The notes under the pieces are model-generated. The model saw only the letters and a program-made list of their open reading frames with translations. It did no database searches and was not told where the DNA came from. DNA of 64,000 nt from assembly GCF_902652985.1 (NCBI RefSeq), contig NC_047029.1:18538001-18602000 (forward strand). Reading direction: 5' to 3'. Position numbers and translations under genes: made by a program. Position 1 is the first letter of the stretch, and every line of letters begins with the position of its first letter. The DNA comes from Pecten maximus (lineage: Eukaryota). Of the stretch, positions 14,201-29,200 are shown in pieces.

Positions 14201-17200
14201 CGGTATTTTTAGAGTTGGTTAATAACGTGCCAAATATATTTGTAAATCTTTTAGACCTGTTTGTCTGAGATGAGAAAAGCTAAATGACCTCTGTGGTAAA
14301 AGAGAAAACAGGTTTTGGCATAGGCTCACATTTTTCTATTTCAGTACTCCTAAGTATCTCTCTGTGGTGCAGTTAAGTATTATAAGCTTTGAATCATTCC
14401 AAGAACATTCTGTAAACAAATATTTTCCTGAATAATATTTCTTCATGTTTGAATATTTGATAAAACTCATTTCCAGCTAAAACATTACATATTTTCTTGA
14501 TACAGAATGCTCTAACATTAAGAAAAAAATTGACATATCTTATACACTAAATCTACATTCACGTAGTGTTAAATGGTTTACAAGGCTTTGAACTCGGTGG
14601 GCAAAGATAAACAAATACTTATCAAACTCCATGGATTCCTTACAAATACCGCAAATTCCTGGACGAGGTGAGTGTTTATGCAGTTACTCTAGTTTATTTT
14701 GGTGCACACAGGTAATAACAGCAGGAAGGAATCTCGTTAAGACATCCTTCAGGTGTAAACCCACTTATCAGCGGATTAACATAATGTGTTAATCTTGATA
14801 GGAGAAATGAGTTATAATCTTTGCAACATAAATGTAAAACTTTCAGAATTTGAATTCAAAATTAAATATTTTAGTCGTACAGTTCTTCACACTTTTGACA
14901 AGACTGAAACCAAGTGGCCGGTATTCTGGCATAGAGCAGTGTTCAACACTGACTATCAGGAATTACCACAACTGAAGTCAAAAGTTTTACTAATTAAAAA
15001 AAAAGAAAATTTGAGTTTGCTTAGATATTATGAAATTCTTATCTAAAACAAGATTATTCAAAATTAAGTGTAAACATTTTCTTATCTAGTGGAGTATTTA
15101 TACAATGAGTCACCAGTATTATATATATCCCAGAACAGTTTTTGATAAAATACACACTTCTGTACACAGAACGACAAAATGCTTGATATCATTCTTGATA
15201 AACTTCTGAAATACTCACTTGTTATACAAATTTGATCAGTAATATCGAAGAAATAAATAAATAGAGTCATATTACCATGTCATGACAAAACTTATTATTG
15301 AAATGATTTTACTACTGGCATGTGTGAAAACAACTCTAAAAGCAGGGTAATTGAAAATTGAAGTGAAATGAAAATGTCATGACTGTTGGTGTGGGGGAGT
15401 GAAAAAGATGAATAAGGCAGAGCTGGTGAGAGATTCATTGAGAATTGGTGTTTTCCTTGATTTGCTGGTGATAGACCACATCGCGTAGACCACATCGTGT
15501 AGACCACAGCATGTTCGGTATATTATCTAGTTACAACAGTCTTCCTCACATCTCCCTTCTCTGCTACAACTTGCGTCATTCAAGACATTAGAGCTACCCT
15601 GACCTTTGATAAAACGGTGACCTTTGACCTTTCCTAGATTAGGATGGAAAAGCGATGGTTTTACCAATATACCTAGTCATTACTTGTAGTCCTGTGTTGA
15701 TCCTAGTAACTGACATTTCCTTGTTGCTCTTAACATAAACATAAACCTTAAAAGAAATTCAATATCAGTTTTGTTTCATAGTGAAAGCTCAAAATAGTTT
15801 GCTATTAAGAACAGTGTATCACTTAATATTTTCATTTTTTCACTGACATTTTTAAAAGCTTTTAAAAAATGAATGACGCAAGTTTCGTAATCTTCTGATA
15901 ACCGGGCTGAGACCAAACTCTGGCAATGTTTCATAAATCATTCCTCTTCAAGAATCAAGAAACATCTGTAAGTTCTTCCAAAACATTAAGTCCATTTGGT
16001 TTTCTGTTTTCACCTGATTCAATGTATTACTATTCATAATATTATATATACCGTACATGTATATTATACATAAAAATAATTACAACATCTATGATAAGAA
16101 ACTGAAGGACAAAAGATTCTAAAGGTAGGAGATTAAAAACAAGGCCTTCTCAACAGTTGAAAGATTTTCTTGTCATGTTTTTTTTTTATTTGCAAATTTA
16201 GCAAAAAAATTATTTTTACAAATATATTGTCAGTGTAATTAATATTTGTGACAGTGAAAGCCCAGATAAGTTCTGTCGCATTACTTTTGTAGTAATCCCC
16301 TATATATCTCTCGATGTCTATACGAGCACACCGATTCCTGATCAATAACAAGAAAAAGATACAAAACATCAAAAGCAAAGCCGTCTCCACCATTGCCCAC
16401 CTACACACACCGAAATAGACGATTAGAAACAAACATCATTTTTCTCTATGCTAACACAACCAATTCTTCTTCAGCCAGATCCGATTACTTTCGTGTGACT
16501 CATAAATTATTCAGATGGGGTTTTTTTTTCACTTTTGTTCCTGGGAAAATGGAAACATTTCATTGCAAAAAAGAATGAATAAATGTGCGATTTCATGCAA
16601 TATAATCTAATTATTTTCCACAGAAATTTTGTTCTTATTTAATTATTCATTGAACATCTTTTCAAATTCTCGACTGCCAAATATATATACACACATATTA
16701 GATGAGAACTGTATCCTTTAGAGTTGGCACAGAATATGACGAACTCATCAAAATACAGTTGCTGTGGCGTTTCAAAATGCAATAAACTGCCAGCACACTT
16801 CATACAGAAATAACATCCAGTTCCGATGTCATTTACACTAATCAATTTCATTCTCATAGAAAAATAAGCTGTTCATTTCATATTTGCATACACAAACTTA
16901 ACATCACGTTTAATAGAACTAAATCGACAGGCTGCATTATTCAGCTAGATTGTCCGACATAAATATCTCACAAGTAATTTAGGTAGAATTTTCATTCTTT
17001 TGTAAAAATTTCTCTCTGATCGAGCCTTGTACAAACATGTATGTTACTTTAACTTTAAAACTTGGAATACAGTTAGCTGTCAATAAGTAAAGGGCTGAAA
17101 TTTCAAGAACATCCTGTTGAAGACCAGGCAGAGATTATGATATAAATAACCAATCTCATGCACAATGTCTTTAACTGCACAAATCAGCACATGTCTGGGT

Positions 17201-20200
17201 CAGGATGATGTTTGTTGTCTGGGTCAGGATGATGTTTGTTGTTTGACTTAGGATGCTATTTGTAGTCTTGGTCTGGAAGGTGTTTGTTGTCTGGGTCAGG
17301 ATAATGTTTGTTGTGGTCAGCAGGATGCTATCTATTGTCTGGGTCAGGATGATGTTTGTTGTTTGACTTAGGATGCTATTTGTAGTCTTGGTCTGGAAGG
17401 TGTTTGTTGTTTGGGTCAGGGTGATGTTTGTTGTGGTCAGCAGGATGCTATCTATTGTCTGGGTCAGGGTGATGTTTGTTATCTGGGTTAGGATGCTATT
17501 TGTAGTCTTGGTCTGAAAGGTGTTTCTTGTCCGAGTCAGGATGACGTTTGTTGTTTAGGTCAGGATGTATCTATTGTCTGGGTCAAGATGCCGCTTGTTG
17601 TATGAGTCAGGATGATGTTTGTTGCTTGGGTCAGAGTGATATTTATTTGTCCGAGTGACAGTGATGTTTGTTTTGTCATGTTTTGTTGTCTCTGAAGTGA
17701 CACCATTAGACTGGCCCCTGAAGTGACACCATTAGACTTGCCCATGAAGTGACACCATTAGACTGGCCCCTATCTCTGAAGTGATACCATTAGACTGGCC
17801 CCTATCACTGAAGTGATACCATTAGACTGGCCCATATCCCTGTAGTGACACCATTAGACTGGCCCCTATCACTGAAGTGATACCATTAGACTGGCCCATA
17901 TCCCTGAAGTGACACCATTAGACTGGCCCCTATCCCTGAAGTGACACCATTAGACTGGCCCATATCCCTGTAGTGACACCATTAGACTGGCCCCTATCAC
18001 TGAAGTGACACCATTAGACTGGCCCATATCCCTGTAGTGACACCATTAGACTGGCCCCTATCCCTGAAGTGACACCATTAGACTAGCCCCTATCCCTGAA
18101 GTGATACCATTAGACTAGCCCCTATCACTGAAGTGATACCATTAGACTGGCCCCTGTCTCTGAAGTGACACTATTAGACTGGCCCCTATCTCTGAAATGA
18201 CACCATTAGACTCGCCCCTATCTCTGAAGTGACACCATTAGACTGGCCCATATCCCTGTAGTGACACCATTAGACTGGCCCCTATCCCTGAAGTGACACT
18301 ATTAGACTGGCCCCTATCTCTGAAGTGATACCATTAGACTGGCCCCTATCTCTGTAGTGACACCATTAGACTGGCCCCTATCTCTGAAGTGATACCATTA
18401 GACTGGCCCCTATCTCTGTAGTGACACCATTAGACTGGCCCCTGAAGTGACACCATTAGACTGGCCCCTATCTCTGAAGTGTCACCATTAGACTGGCCCC
18501 TGTCTCTGAAGTGACACCATTAGACTGGCCCATATCCCTGTAGTGACACCATTAGACTGGCCCCTATCTCTGTAGTGACACCATTAGACTGGCCCCTATC
18601 TCTGAAGTGATACCATTAGACTGGCCCCTATCTCTGTAGTGACACCATTAGACTGGCCCCTGAAGTGACACCATTAGACTGGCCCCTATCTCTGAAGTGT
18701 CACCATTAGACTGGCCCCTGTCTCTGAAGTGACACCATTAGACTGGCCCCTATCCCTGAAGTGACACCATTAGACTGGCCCATGAAGTGACACCATTAGA
18801 CTGGCCCCTATCCCTGTAGTGACACCATTAGACTGGCCCCTATCTCTGTAGTGACACCATTAGATTGGCCCCTATCTCTGTAGTGACACCATTAGACTGG
18901 CTCCTATCTCTGAAGTGACACCATTAGACTGGCCCCTATCTCTGAAGTGATACCATTAGACTGGCTCCTATCTCTGAAGTGACACCATTAGACTGGCCCC
19001 TATCCCTGAAGTGACACCATTAGACTGGCCCATGAAGTGACACCATTAGACTGGCCCCTATCCCTGAAGTGACACCATTAGACTGGCCCATGAAGTGACA
19101 CCATTAGACTGGCCCCTGTCCCTGAAGTGACACCATTAGACTGGCTCCTATCTCTGAAGTGACACCATTAGACTGGCCCCTATCTCTGAAGTGACACCAT
19201 TAGACTGGCTCCTATCCCTGTAGTGACACCATTAGACTGGCCCCTATCTCTGAAGTGACACTATTAGACTGGCCCCTGTCCCTGAAGTGACACCATTAGA
19301 CTGGCCCCTATCTCTGAAGTGACACCATTAGACTGGCCCCTATCTCTGAAGTGACACCATTAGACTGGCCCCTATCCCTGAAGTGACACCATTAGACTGG
19401 CCCCTATCCCTGAAGTGACACCATTAGACTGGCCCCTATCCCTGAAGTGACACCATTAGACTGGCCCCTATCTCTGAAGTGACACCATTAGACTGGCCCC
19501 TGTCTCTGAAGTGACACCATTAGACTGGCCCCTGTCCCTGAAGTGACACCATTAGACTGGCCCCTAGCTGTCCCTGAAGTGACACCATTAGACTGGCCCC
19601 TAGCTGTCCCTGAAGTGACACCATTAGACTGGCCCCTAGCTGTCCCTGAAGTGACACCATTAGACTGGCCCCTAGCTGTCCCTGAAGTGACACCATTAGA
19701 CTGGCCCCTGTCCCTGAGGTGACACCATTAGACTGGCCCCTGTCTCTGAAGTGACACCATTAGACTGGCCCCTGTCCCTGAAGTGACACCATTAGACTGG
19801 CCCCTGTAGTGACACCATTAGACTGGCCCCTATCACTGAAGTGACACCATTAGACTGGCCCCTATCTCTGAAGTGACACCATTAGACTGGCTCCTATCTC
19901 TGTAGTGACACCATTAGACTAGCCCCTATCTCTGAAGTGACACCATTAGACTGGCCCACGAAGTGACACCATTAGACTGGCCCCTATCCCTGAAGTGACA
20001 CCATTAGACTGGCCCCTATCTCTGAAGTGACACCATTAGACTGGCCCATATCCCTGTAGTGACACCATTAGACTGGCCCCTGTCCCTGAAGTGACACCAT
20101 TAGACTGGCCCCTGTTTCTAGGATATGCCTGATTCTGGGCTTCAAACTAGGGGGAGATAATCTAGTATTAATTAATCAGCTTAGCAATTACAATCAGCAG

Positions 20201-23200
20201 ATTTTAAAATCCAAATACTTTTCAAAGAGCTTGATAATTTTCTATTTTTGATCAAATAATCTGTTTCTTTACATTAATAATTTAACATAAAACATGATAA
20301 TTCTATTAATCAATATCGAATGTTTGACATCAGGAAGAACAAGAGACATTGTAACAGAATCACACATGTAATTAACATCTGACTGGTCGACTATTTTCCT
20401 GCCTTAGAACACCAAATCCTACAAGCTGGAAACATTTTGATTTAATTAATTAGTTCTGATGAAACCAAAAAAAACTTCAATTTTGTTTCCATTCATACCA
20501 CCACAGGAGCTATATATACATACATCTGAGAAGAGAGGCTGTGACCTCATAAAATATAACATTCCAAGTATGTAGTCTTTTAACCAGATTATATATCAGT
20601 TCCACATCCATGCCAGAGTAGATTAAGATAATCAAAATTTTTAGAATATCCAATTTATAAAAAAAAAAAATAAACATCAATAATTCATATTCATGAAAAC
20701 TGTATCTTTATAGCATTTATCCATCATGCTGTACAAGATTATCATATACCTTACAAACTCGGTAAATAGACATATTTTTTATATAATTTGTTATGTTGGG
20801 TTATAAACCTATAACCAATATGCCGACCATGTCTGCAGTTACCTCATACAACAACAGCTGGAAATAGGAGTGGTGGACCGACTTGGAACTCAACCAAATT
20901 ACGGTACAGCTAACTACTGTTTTAGGCAGGTTTGGGAAGGGAAGAACAGCGGAGGGGGGTATTGGATGGATAGAGTGAGAAAAGAGGAAGAAACCATGAA
21001 TGTTAGAGGAGAGAGTAGGGAATTGAGAGACAACAGGGAGGTTGACAGATGAAAGGTGAACAGAGGAGGGGGGTATTGAATAGATAGAGTGAGAAAAGAG
21101 GAAGAAACCATGAATGTTAGAGGAGAGAATAGGGAAATGAGAGACAATAGGGAGGTTGACAGAGGAAAGGCAGGGAAATACAGGGTATCCAAAATGGTGG
21201 CAAAAGATAGGATGACAGAAGAGGAGAGAGTGGTGGTAGTGATGGCAGGATGGCAGGATGGCAGGAGGGAGGAGGAAGGGGACAATAAATGAGTGATAAG
21301 GAACGAAAAAGACCAGTCATGATGATGAGGTTGGGGGGTAGGAGGAAGGGCCGATATTTGTTCTTACTGATGTGGGTTGGGCTGGGTTGAGTTGGCCTGG
21401 GATGGGAGGGATGGGAGGGATGGGCAATATTTGCTAAGATTGTGCAAAATATATCTTTAACTATATAAAATATATTTCTGTTGAAATCTATGTGTGAGTG
21501 AGAACAAGAAAAGATAATTAAGGGAGCACTTACAAAACGATACTCAGGATCAGACATCAAAGAGAATGATGGGAAAGTCAGAGAAGTAAAGAGGGGGATA
21601 GGCAAACCAAATAGACAGAGTATATCTACAAGAATAGTCTAGGTGTATAAATATAGTTCTTTGATGCAGGTACAATGGGTTTATACTTAAGACTCTAAAA
21701 ATAGACCACTTCCAGTGAGATAAGTAATCCTGACAGCGATGGATAGAACAAAGCTGAATACCTTATATACCTGACTGAGCTCGTTAAAGGTGATATGATT
21801 AAAGTCGCATAACAGTATGGTGCTCAAAAAAGCTAAAATAAGATCTGAAAGCCTTACTACAAATCTTGCAAGTTATTTTTATTCCTGATTTTAATTTTAT
21901 TTTCTGATAAGACAGTTACACAATAATCAAACTCTCATTATGAAGTTTTACAAATTATATACTATACAAGTGTTCTTTTTAGCTATACAACTGGCCATTT
22001 TAAGTTAACAAAACTTGGGTCATGGAGACCTCCAAGATGGTTTTATCATTGTCAGATTTAAGACACAGCACAAACAAAAGCTCGCAGACAATCGTAATGT
22101 AGAAGTGGTGTAACTACGTATGTTTGGGCATGTAACTACAAAATTACACAACTAATGCTATCACCGATTTTCTTTCCATGTTATAGAACTCTTCACACTG
22201 AACATAAAGTCAGCTACAAAGTACCTCTTTATCTGCATTTAATAAAGATATTTTTATTTAAATCATCATTCCACTTTATTTATGTGGAAAATCACAAATA
22301 TAAGTGCAAGCCTCATAACTCGATCAGTGTGTCCTGCCACACAAAAATAGATACAGTTAGTCTGTAGAAATTTATGTATAAAATGTCTTCAATTACTGAA
22401 GTCAGGAAAAATTATTAAGTAGCAGACCTGAAATTGAATTACTTCTGTACTTTTACAACAACACCCCAGTATAACTGTGGTCTGAGGCCAATGGTCTATT
22501 TCACAGTGACCAATTATTATCATTTAAGTCCCAAACCCGGAGATACATGTGTCTATAGTAATCACTCTGTCACTGAGGTCAAATATCAAGATCAAAGGTC
22601 AAGGTTATTGGTTTCAAAGTTCTCAGTCAAATTTTGTATCTTTTCATTATGCATATTTTGTTATGACATAGAGAAAGTTGGTCAGAATAAAACAAAAAGT
22701 CAACTGGTCAAAGATCAAGGTCACTGGGTTAAAGGTCAAAGTTATCTGGGTCCAAAGGTTAAGGAAAAAAAGAATCAGTCTGCATGACTAAAAGGGTTGA
22801 AACAAGAGGTCCAGTGGGTCTGTATGGTTCACATGGCTATTTCAGTAATAATGGCAAAATACTCTATTTAATTAAGCTGTGTCTAATTAAAGATGTTGTT
22901 TCCCTCTAAACTACATTCCATCCCTTAAGGGGTCACCCCACTAGTACTGATTTTCTGTATACCGTATTTATCCTATCATAAGCCATAAGGTTATAGGGCC
23001 AACACATAAACTATATGTCTCAAAGTCATGGGTTGGCTTATTGTAGAACAATCGTGTTTACTTAACTCTGATATACTATAATTTTTTCATACCTCTTCAT
23101 TTCCCCCTTTGTTCTCTATTTGATAATGGCATGACATCAGCAGAAATAGTTGCCAAGGAAACTACTGATAAACTTGGCGCAATACAATTATCAATGCGAC

Positions 23201-26200
23201 CATTATCATTAAGTCTATTCCAAAATATCCTATATGTTTTTATCAATTCTGATCATTTTTAAATATAGACATTCCCTTTGTTATTTCCAAATAACTGCAT
23301 ACACATTATATCTTGTATAATAGCATCATGTTACCATGGTGATGATGGAGGTATTCATCGTGAGGTGTAAAAGTTACTCCAGTGTTATAATTGTTACAGG
23401 TTATGAGGTTCCAGTTACAGATCAATCATACATATTAATACATGTAAGGAAATAATCACTATAGTTACCATGGAAACCATTCTATACATGGTGAGTGTTA
23501 TCATGCACATATGAGTCGTCATCAGATTGTGCCAAATTTACTGGGGGTTTTACAACACTCACATAAACAACGATAATTATTAACTCAGAGATATCCAAAT
23601 GTACATGGGTTTTAGTTTTATTTATTTTTACCCCAAATAACAACAATATTAAGAAATACTGCCAGAATAAGGAAAACATTCTCAAAATTAAAAAAAAATC
23701 AAATCCTATTAAGGGTTTCAACAGATTTTTATTCAATTATCTTAAAATTGATTTTAAGTCATGTTTTTATATCCTTAAGAATCAAGCGTTAAAAGATAAC
23801 AAGAAATACTGATAAAGAGATCTTCCAAGCTCAGATTAACCTGGAACTTAATTTTTTTATGAATTTTGTGTCAAGGATTTTTTGTTTATCTTTGTACTAA
23901 CCATGTGCAGTGACATCAGAATTTTCCTAATTTTACTTATATCAGTTTATATCCCATGTTAAAGATGCACTGTTAACAGTACTGTGAAGGAGGAAGTGGT
24001 ATCTCACATCATCGGCCTTTGTCTACTTTAAGAACCAGCTGTATGATATCTATTAAACATTTTCAAACTTTTAACGACTCATTAAGTAATTTTATAACAC
24101 TGTCACCTGAGCTGGATACTAATGTACAGGTGAAATGCTGAGACATAAGATTTTGTTTCCATTCTTAATTGTCATGTTTACAGATGGTTCTAGTATATCC
24201 ATCACTGACATATCATGCCAATCACACAGGTAGGGGATACCTTAGTGGGCGGTCTTTATAGACAGGTTTGACTGTAGATATGACCATCTACCAGCTTCAT
24301 CTTAAACTTCCTCTGACCTTCAAACTCACAACCTTGACAGAAATCTCAGTAAATGAGCAGGTCAGTCACAGGATACCATCTGAATAATTCAGTAAAGTGG
24401 ATTTAAAACACCCAACAAAATTTGGCTTAACTACAAGATACCACAACAAGGATGTTAGTAAAGAGGAATACTGATTGAAAAATACAGGCAATAATGGATG
24501 TCGACGCATTCATCAGAAATCGTAAATACATCAAAAAGACAGAACTGTTAAAAACAAGAGTAAGACATCTTAATAAACTACACCTGTGCCCTATAGTACA
24601 GCACAAAAATCCCCACAATATATTCTAAAACTAAAGGAAAGGCCAGTCACTCAGAAAAGGTGGACAATTCACTCAGAAAAGGTGGACAATGTCAAAATTG
24701 TTTCTGATGCAGTTATACAGCATCCGATCCAAAAAGCCATTCAGTTAAAATATTACATTGTTTGTTGAACCTGAAAAGTCATCTTGTTCTATGATATCTT
24801 TGTGTATTTCAGAACTGTAACATGGTTTAGTTGACTATTTGTTTGAATAAAAGAATATACCTGAATCAAAATCTGGACCAATTTACTAATTGCTAAATTA
24901 GCTTAATTAAGACAGTGAAATTTAAAGCTAGAAACAAATATGTATGATGATTTGCAGTTAACATCGAAAGAAAAAATGCAATTATTTACTTAAACTTTCA
25001 TCTATTTCTCAAAAATATATTTTAGAGAAATTTTCTTTAACAAACATATAGATTCTTCCTGTAGCCTTGACTTAAATGATTTAAAGTACATCTGCTACAT
25101 GAAAATGTACAGAAGTGAAGAAAAGCTGTGATATTTATTGTATCAATTGAGGATCATATATATATGCACAAAAAAGCTGTGAAATTACCGGTATGTAAAA
25201 TTCAGGAAAAATCAAATCTATGACGTAAAGATGCAAGACATAAAATATTACGCCACAAATTCTTGCATAATGCATAGTAAATCCATGTGGCTCAGTGTCA
25301 ATTTTACATAAAATTTGATGATGTACAAAGTGCAAGGAAATTGGAAGATGCTAGACTTGAAAAACTTCAAAGGTAAAGCAAAGAATTAATGAATGCTTTT
25401 ATCTCTGATTGATGCCGACTTTATATGACACAATAGTTAACAAATGACAAATTACCCCCTATCCTCTCTCATATTCTAATTGAATGAATTGTTAAATGAA
25501 ATTAAGATACATAACCCCTTCTACCTACATGTATATGCCATGGGAGAAGCAGGTGATGGATTACCAAATTTTTAATTTTATAAATTGGTGCTACATTTCA
25601 TGGACGATGATTTCTCATATCCTCCGTCGCTACTTATCTAGATAACTTTATGGTCCAGAGCCGATGTGAAACCCTACAAAACACATTGATAACTCTCTCC
25701 TCTTTTAACAGAAATATGAGAACATGATTCCTGATATGGCGTCACTACCCATCTAAATAACTTCTAATATATGACTAAAGCAGAAATGAAAAACAAGTTA
25801 AACGACAATCATATGTGTGGCATGGGAAATCCTTACAGTTACATATTTGTACTGCATTGTAACTTTTTCCGTAAAATGTACTTGTCTTATCGAAGCAAAA
25901 TGGTAAAAAAATAACCCTAAAGATATTGATAATTATAACTGTGAATTCCTATAATACGAACTGAACTTTAACACACGTCAGCGTAGATTAACATAACGTC
26001 AAAACGTTCAGTAACAGCCTCCCTTATTTCATGTGTTTCCATTTCCTGAAAACGTAAGTTGGTATATACAACTTATGTTTTGGAACCAGGTCTACATTTG
26101 GCAATAAGCCCTCTCCCTTCAAAATCGGCTTATTGTGGTCAAGTACAGTACATTGTCTGCAGCTTTCAATAAAACTAAAATTAGAAGCATATGGAATATT

Positions 26201-29200
26201 CACAACACAAATATAAAGTAAAAACACTTTTTTTCCGTACGACTCTTACCTCCTTGGAGTGAAGAGGTGCAAGACTTCCATTTGGCATGTTCCCGTGGGG
26301 ACCGCTGGAGGGGGAGTTAGGGCCCGAATCAGAATTACTGCTACAGTCGACTGGAAGAATAAACAAAATATAGGTCATTATCATTGTAGTCTCAACACAC
26401 AACAACCTTAATTGATCCGTTAATTCTTAATTACTAGCAAATCTTAATTACAGGTAAAAAAACAACAGAATTCCTTCCTTTCTTAAAACTAGCAAATATT
26501 TCAAGCTATTGACAAGAAATCATTTACTTAATTAAATCAAAAAAATGAATCTATATTATTTATAATTATCTGATTTAAAAATACTTTAAAGAAAACAGAA
26601 ACGATGCTTCTCAAACGAATATCAAATATGGTACCTATTGGCTAGCTTTTAATGTTGTTATGGTTATCAGAAGGATGTATATCATTTTATCTTCAGATGT
26701 TTTTTTATGAATTTGTGATGTCTACAGATATATGGTCACAAAGTTTGAACACGTATAATGTACATGCTTCAGAGAAATGTAAAGGAATTATTTAACACGT
26801 AGGAAGGTAGCATACTTGATGTATCTTATAACATAGTGGAATCTGATTAGAAATGTTCCAATCTGAGGCGGTACAAAAATCTCCATACTACCATAATTGT
26901 CCCGGCCAATAATTCTATATATCAAACTATACACTGTAGACTCAGTTAGAACAATACAATCTGTATTTTTGTTTCTGCAAGTGAAACAAGAAGCAATTAA
27001 AAACAACGCTGGCTCAATCCTTTGTACAGGATATTGTAATTTCTAATACATATTCTATGACATCTATCTCTACAAGAAAAGACTCTGTAAAATTGGATTT
27101 GGTGACACAATTAGGCTATTTTGTCAGTTTTCTCCTGCAGTGTAAACATGTTTGTGCCCTTGCCATTCCTAGTTCAATTTTAAGTGATCTAAATATAGAA
27201 CTTTAATGTCAGTAATATTTGGACATTTCCTTTTTCATCTCGTGCCTTTGTCACATCACTCTATGTTGCCGTGGAAACATCAAACCAAATGTAGGCAGCA
27301 TTAAGGATTGAAAAGCTTCTATAAAAATTGTGTCTATATTTAGCGCAAGTGGTCACGACATGAAACAACAATATTGATTGGCTGATGACAGTAGGCCTAG
27401 CTCAGCAGCCAGGAGACGGCCACATTCAAGAGTTACATCCAATCATCTTGGTGATACTGTATTTGGAAAATCATTTCACCGAAACTATTCCGAAGCAATA
27501 TTTCAGTAAACAACCTCAGGATGTCAAACTGGTGCATTCTACCTAGGTAGCCTAAAGCAGTTTAAACATGTGTAGTTAATTTTTTCAATTTTTCAATTTT
27601 TCAAATTGTTTTTTTTTTTTTAAATCATTCTTAATTAATGGAAAAACAATTCTAGTACTCAAAGTTTAACAATCTTTTCAGAATACGATCCAAAATTTAT
27701 TTACTGGAGGTAATGATAATCATGTTTGAAATATCTAGGTGGATTTTATTAAGGTGTACATGTATTTTTTTATCTTTGACATATACAATAAATGAAGCAT
27801 TGTGTAAAAGACATCTTTTACTGATACTGAAGAAACTTAAATTTTGTCTCAATAAAAAAAAAAGATTTCTTAATTAATATGCCAATGAATGCTGTGAATT
27901 AAATTGAAGTGTTTTTTTTTTCTTTCAAAGAGAAGTATTTTTATTCAGTTAAAGCTGTTGAGAAATTTATCAAGGCTGACGAAACAGACTTTAAAAAATT
28001 AAAATTAACTTTAATCTAATTATAGATTCATAATTAGTGAATTGTAACTGGCTGTCAAATGATACATCAAAAGGCGACATTCTTTTCTCACAGCTTGATC
28101 CTTGAAGTCTTGCTTGTAATACATGTAAACACCACTTTTATACACATATTGATAACAAATTTCGGTTTGACATGCAATATCAAAAGTCATGCGAGATCGG
28201 CTAGAATAGGCAGATACCATCCATCATAAATTGCTTTGATGCCTCCAATGTATATATACATATATGTCTATAATATGTAAGTGATATCAGTGAAATGTGT
28301 TAAAAATTAAAGATGTATTCACATCCACATGAACACATCAAACACTGTCAGACAGGCAACATGAGCTGTTATGAATCACAGTTGTAATGAATTGGTTATC
28401 ACAGGAGCACGTTAGTTTAAATAACATACTGTTAATAGGCTTTTCTTGTTAGTATTAACTCGGAGCTCTTCAAAACTGGTAAAACTTTTGCATATTTTCT
28501 TTCCAAATAAGTTTTATTTAATTTCTTTAATAATAGTTAAAGAACAATTTTTTTTAGAATTGTTCTAAAATAGTCCATCAATACATTTGGTCCCAGTATT
28601 GAAAAGCTCCATTAAAATCAAACACAAATCCCACAATGCAATTCTAGACAGCCACTGAGCATTAAAATAGCTATGCAAGACCATACAGTTCTATAATGAA
28701 TATATCAGTTTTAATGAATTTGTTTGGTTTTTAAGAGGACCCTTTCCCTCTATAGACAGATAAAAATTCCCCAAAACACAACCATAACAGCAATGGAAGG
28801 AAACGGCGAGGGCAGTCTCAAGTTTATAGAAAAGCATCTCCCTAAGAAACCATTTTTTCGCAGTTTTTTCCAAAAAACACTCCAATTTAAATCAAACTTA
28901 ATATGGAAACAACGAAGAATTAACTTGTTAACACTAACTAAGAGGACCATTACTTAAATATCAAATTCCAAAACAAATAAACATTCAATAGATAAATCAT
29001 AACATTTCTATACCTAGGGACAATTATTATTTGATATCAATATGCAATAAAATTTGTGAACTCTCGATTTTAACTTTTCCAGACAATTGATGTCCCACTT
29101 TTGAAAATGATTGATGAATTTTTCATATAGAAATACAGAAAAAGTTAAATACCTATCTTATTTATGTAACCAATGAAGATTAAGTGGATGTCATCATCAA

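Noticed and set aside
17692-20115. CRISPR-like array (constant 26-nt core with variable linker)
   Set aside because: Linkers are 0-10 nt variants of one sequence, not unique spacers; eukaryotic intron; no cas genes.
20914-21605. 123- and 162-aa minus-strand ORFs as nested gene or exons
   Set aside because: Low-complexity pyrimidine skew suppresses stop codons; no recognisable homology or fitting splice sites.
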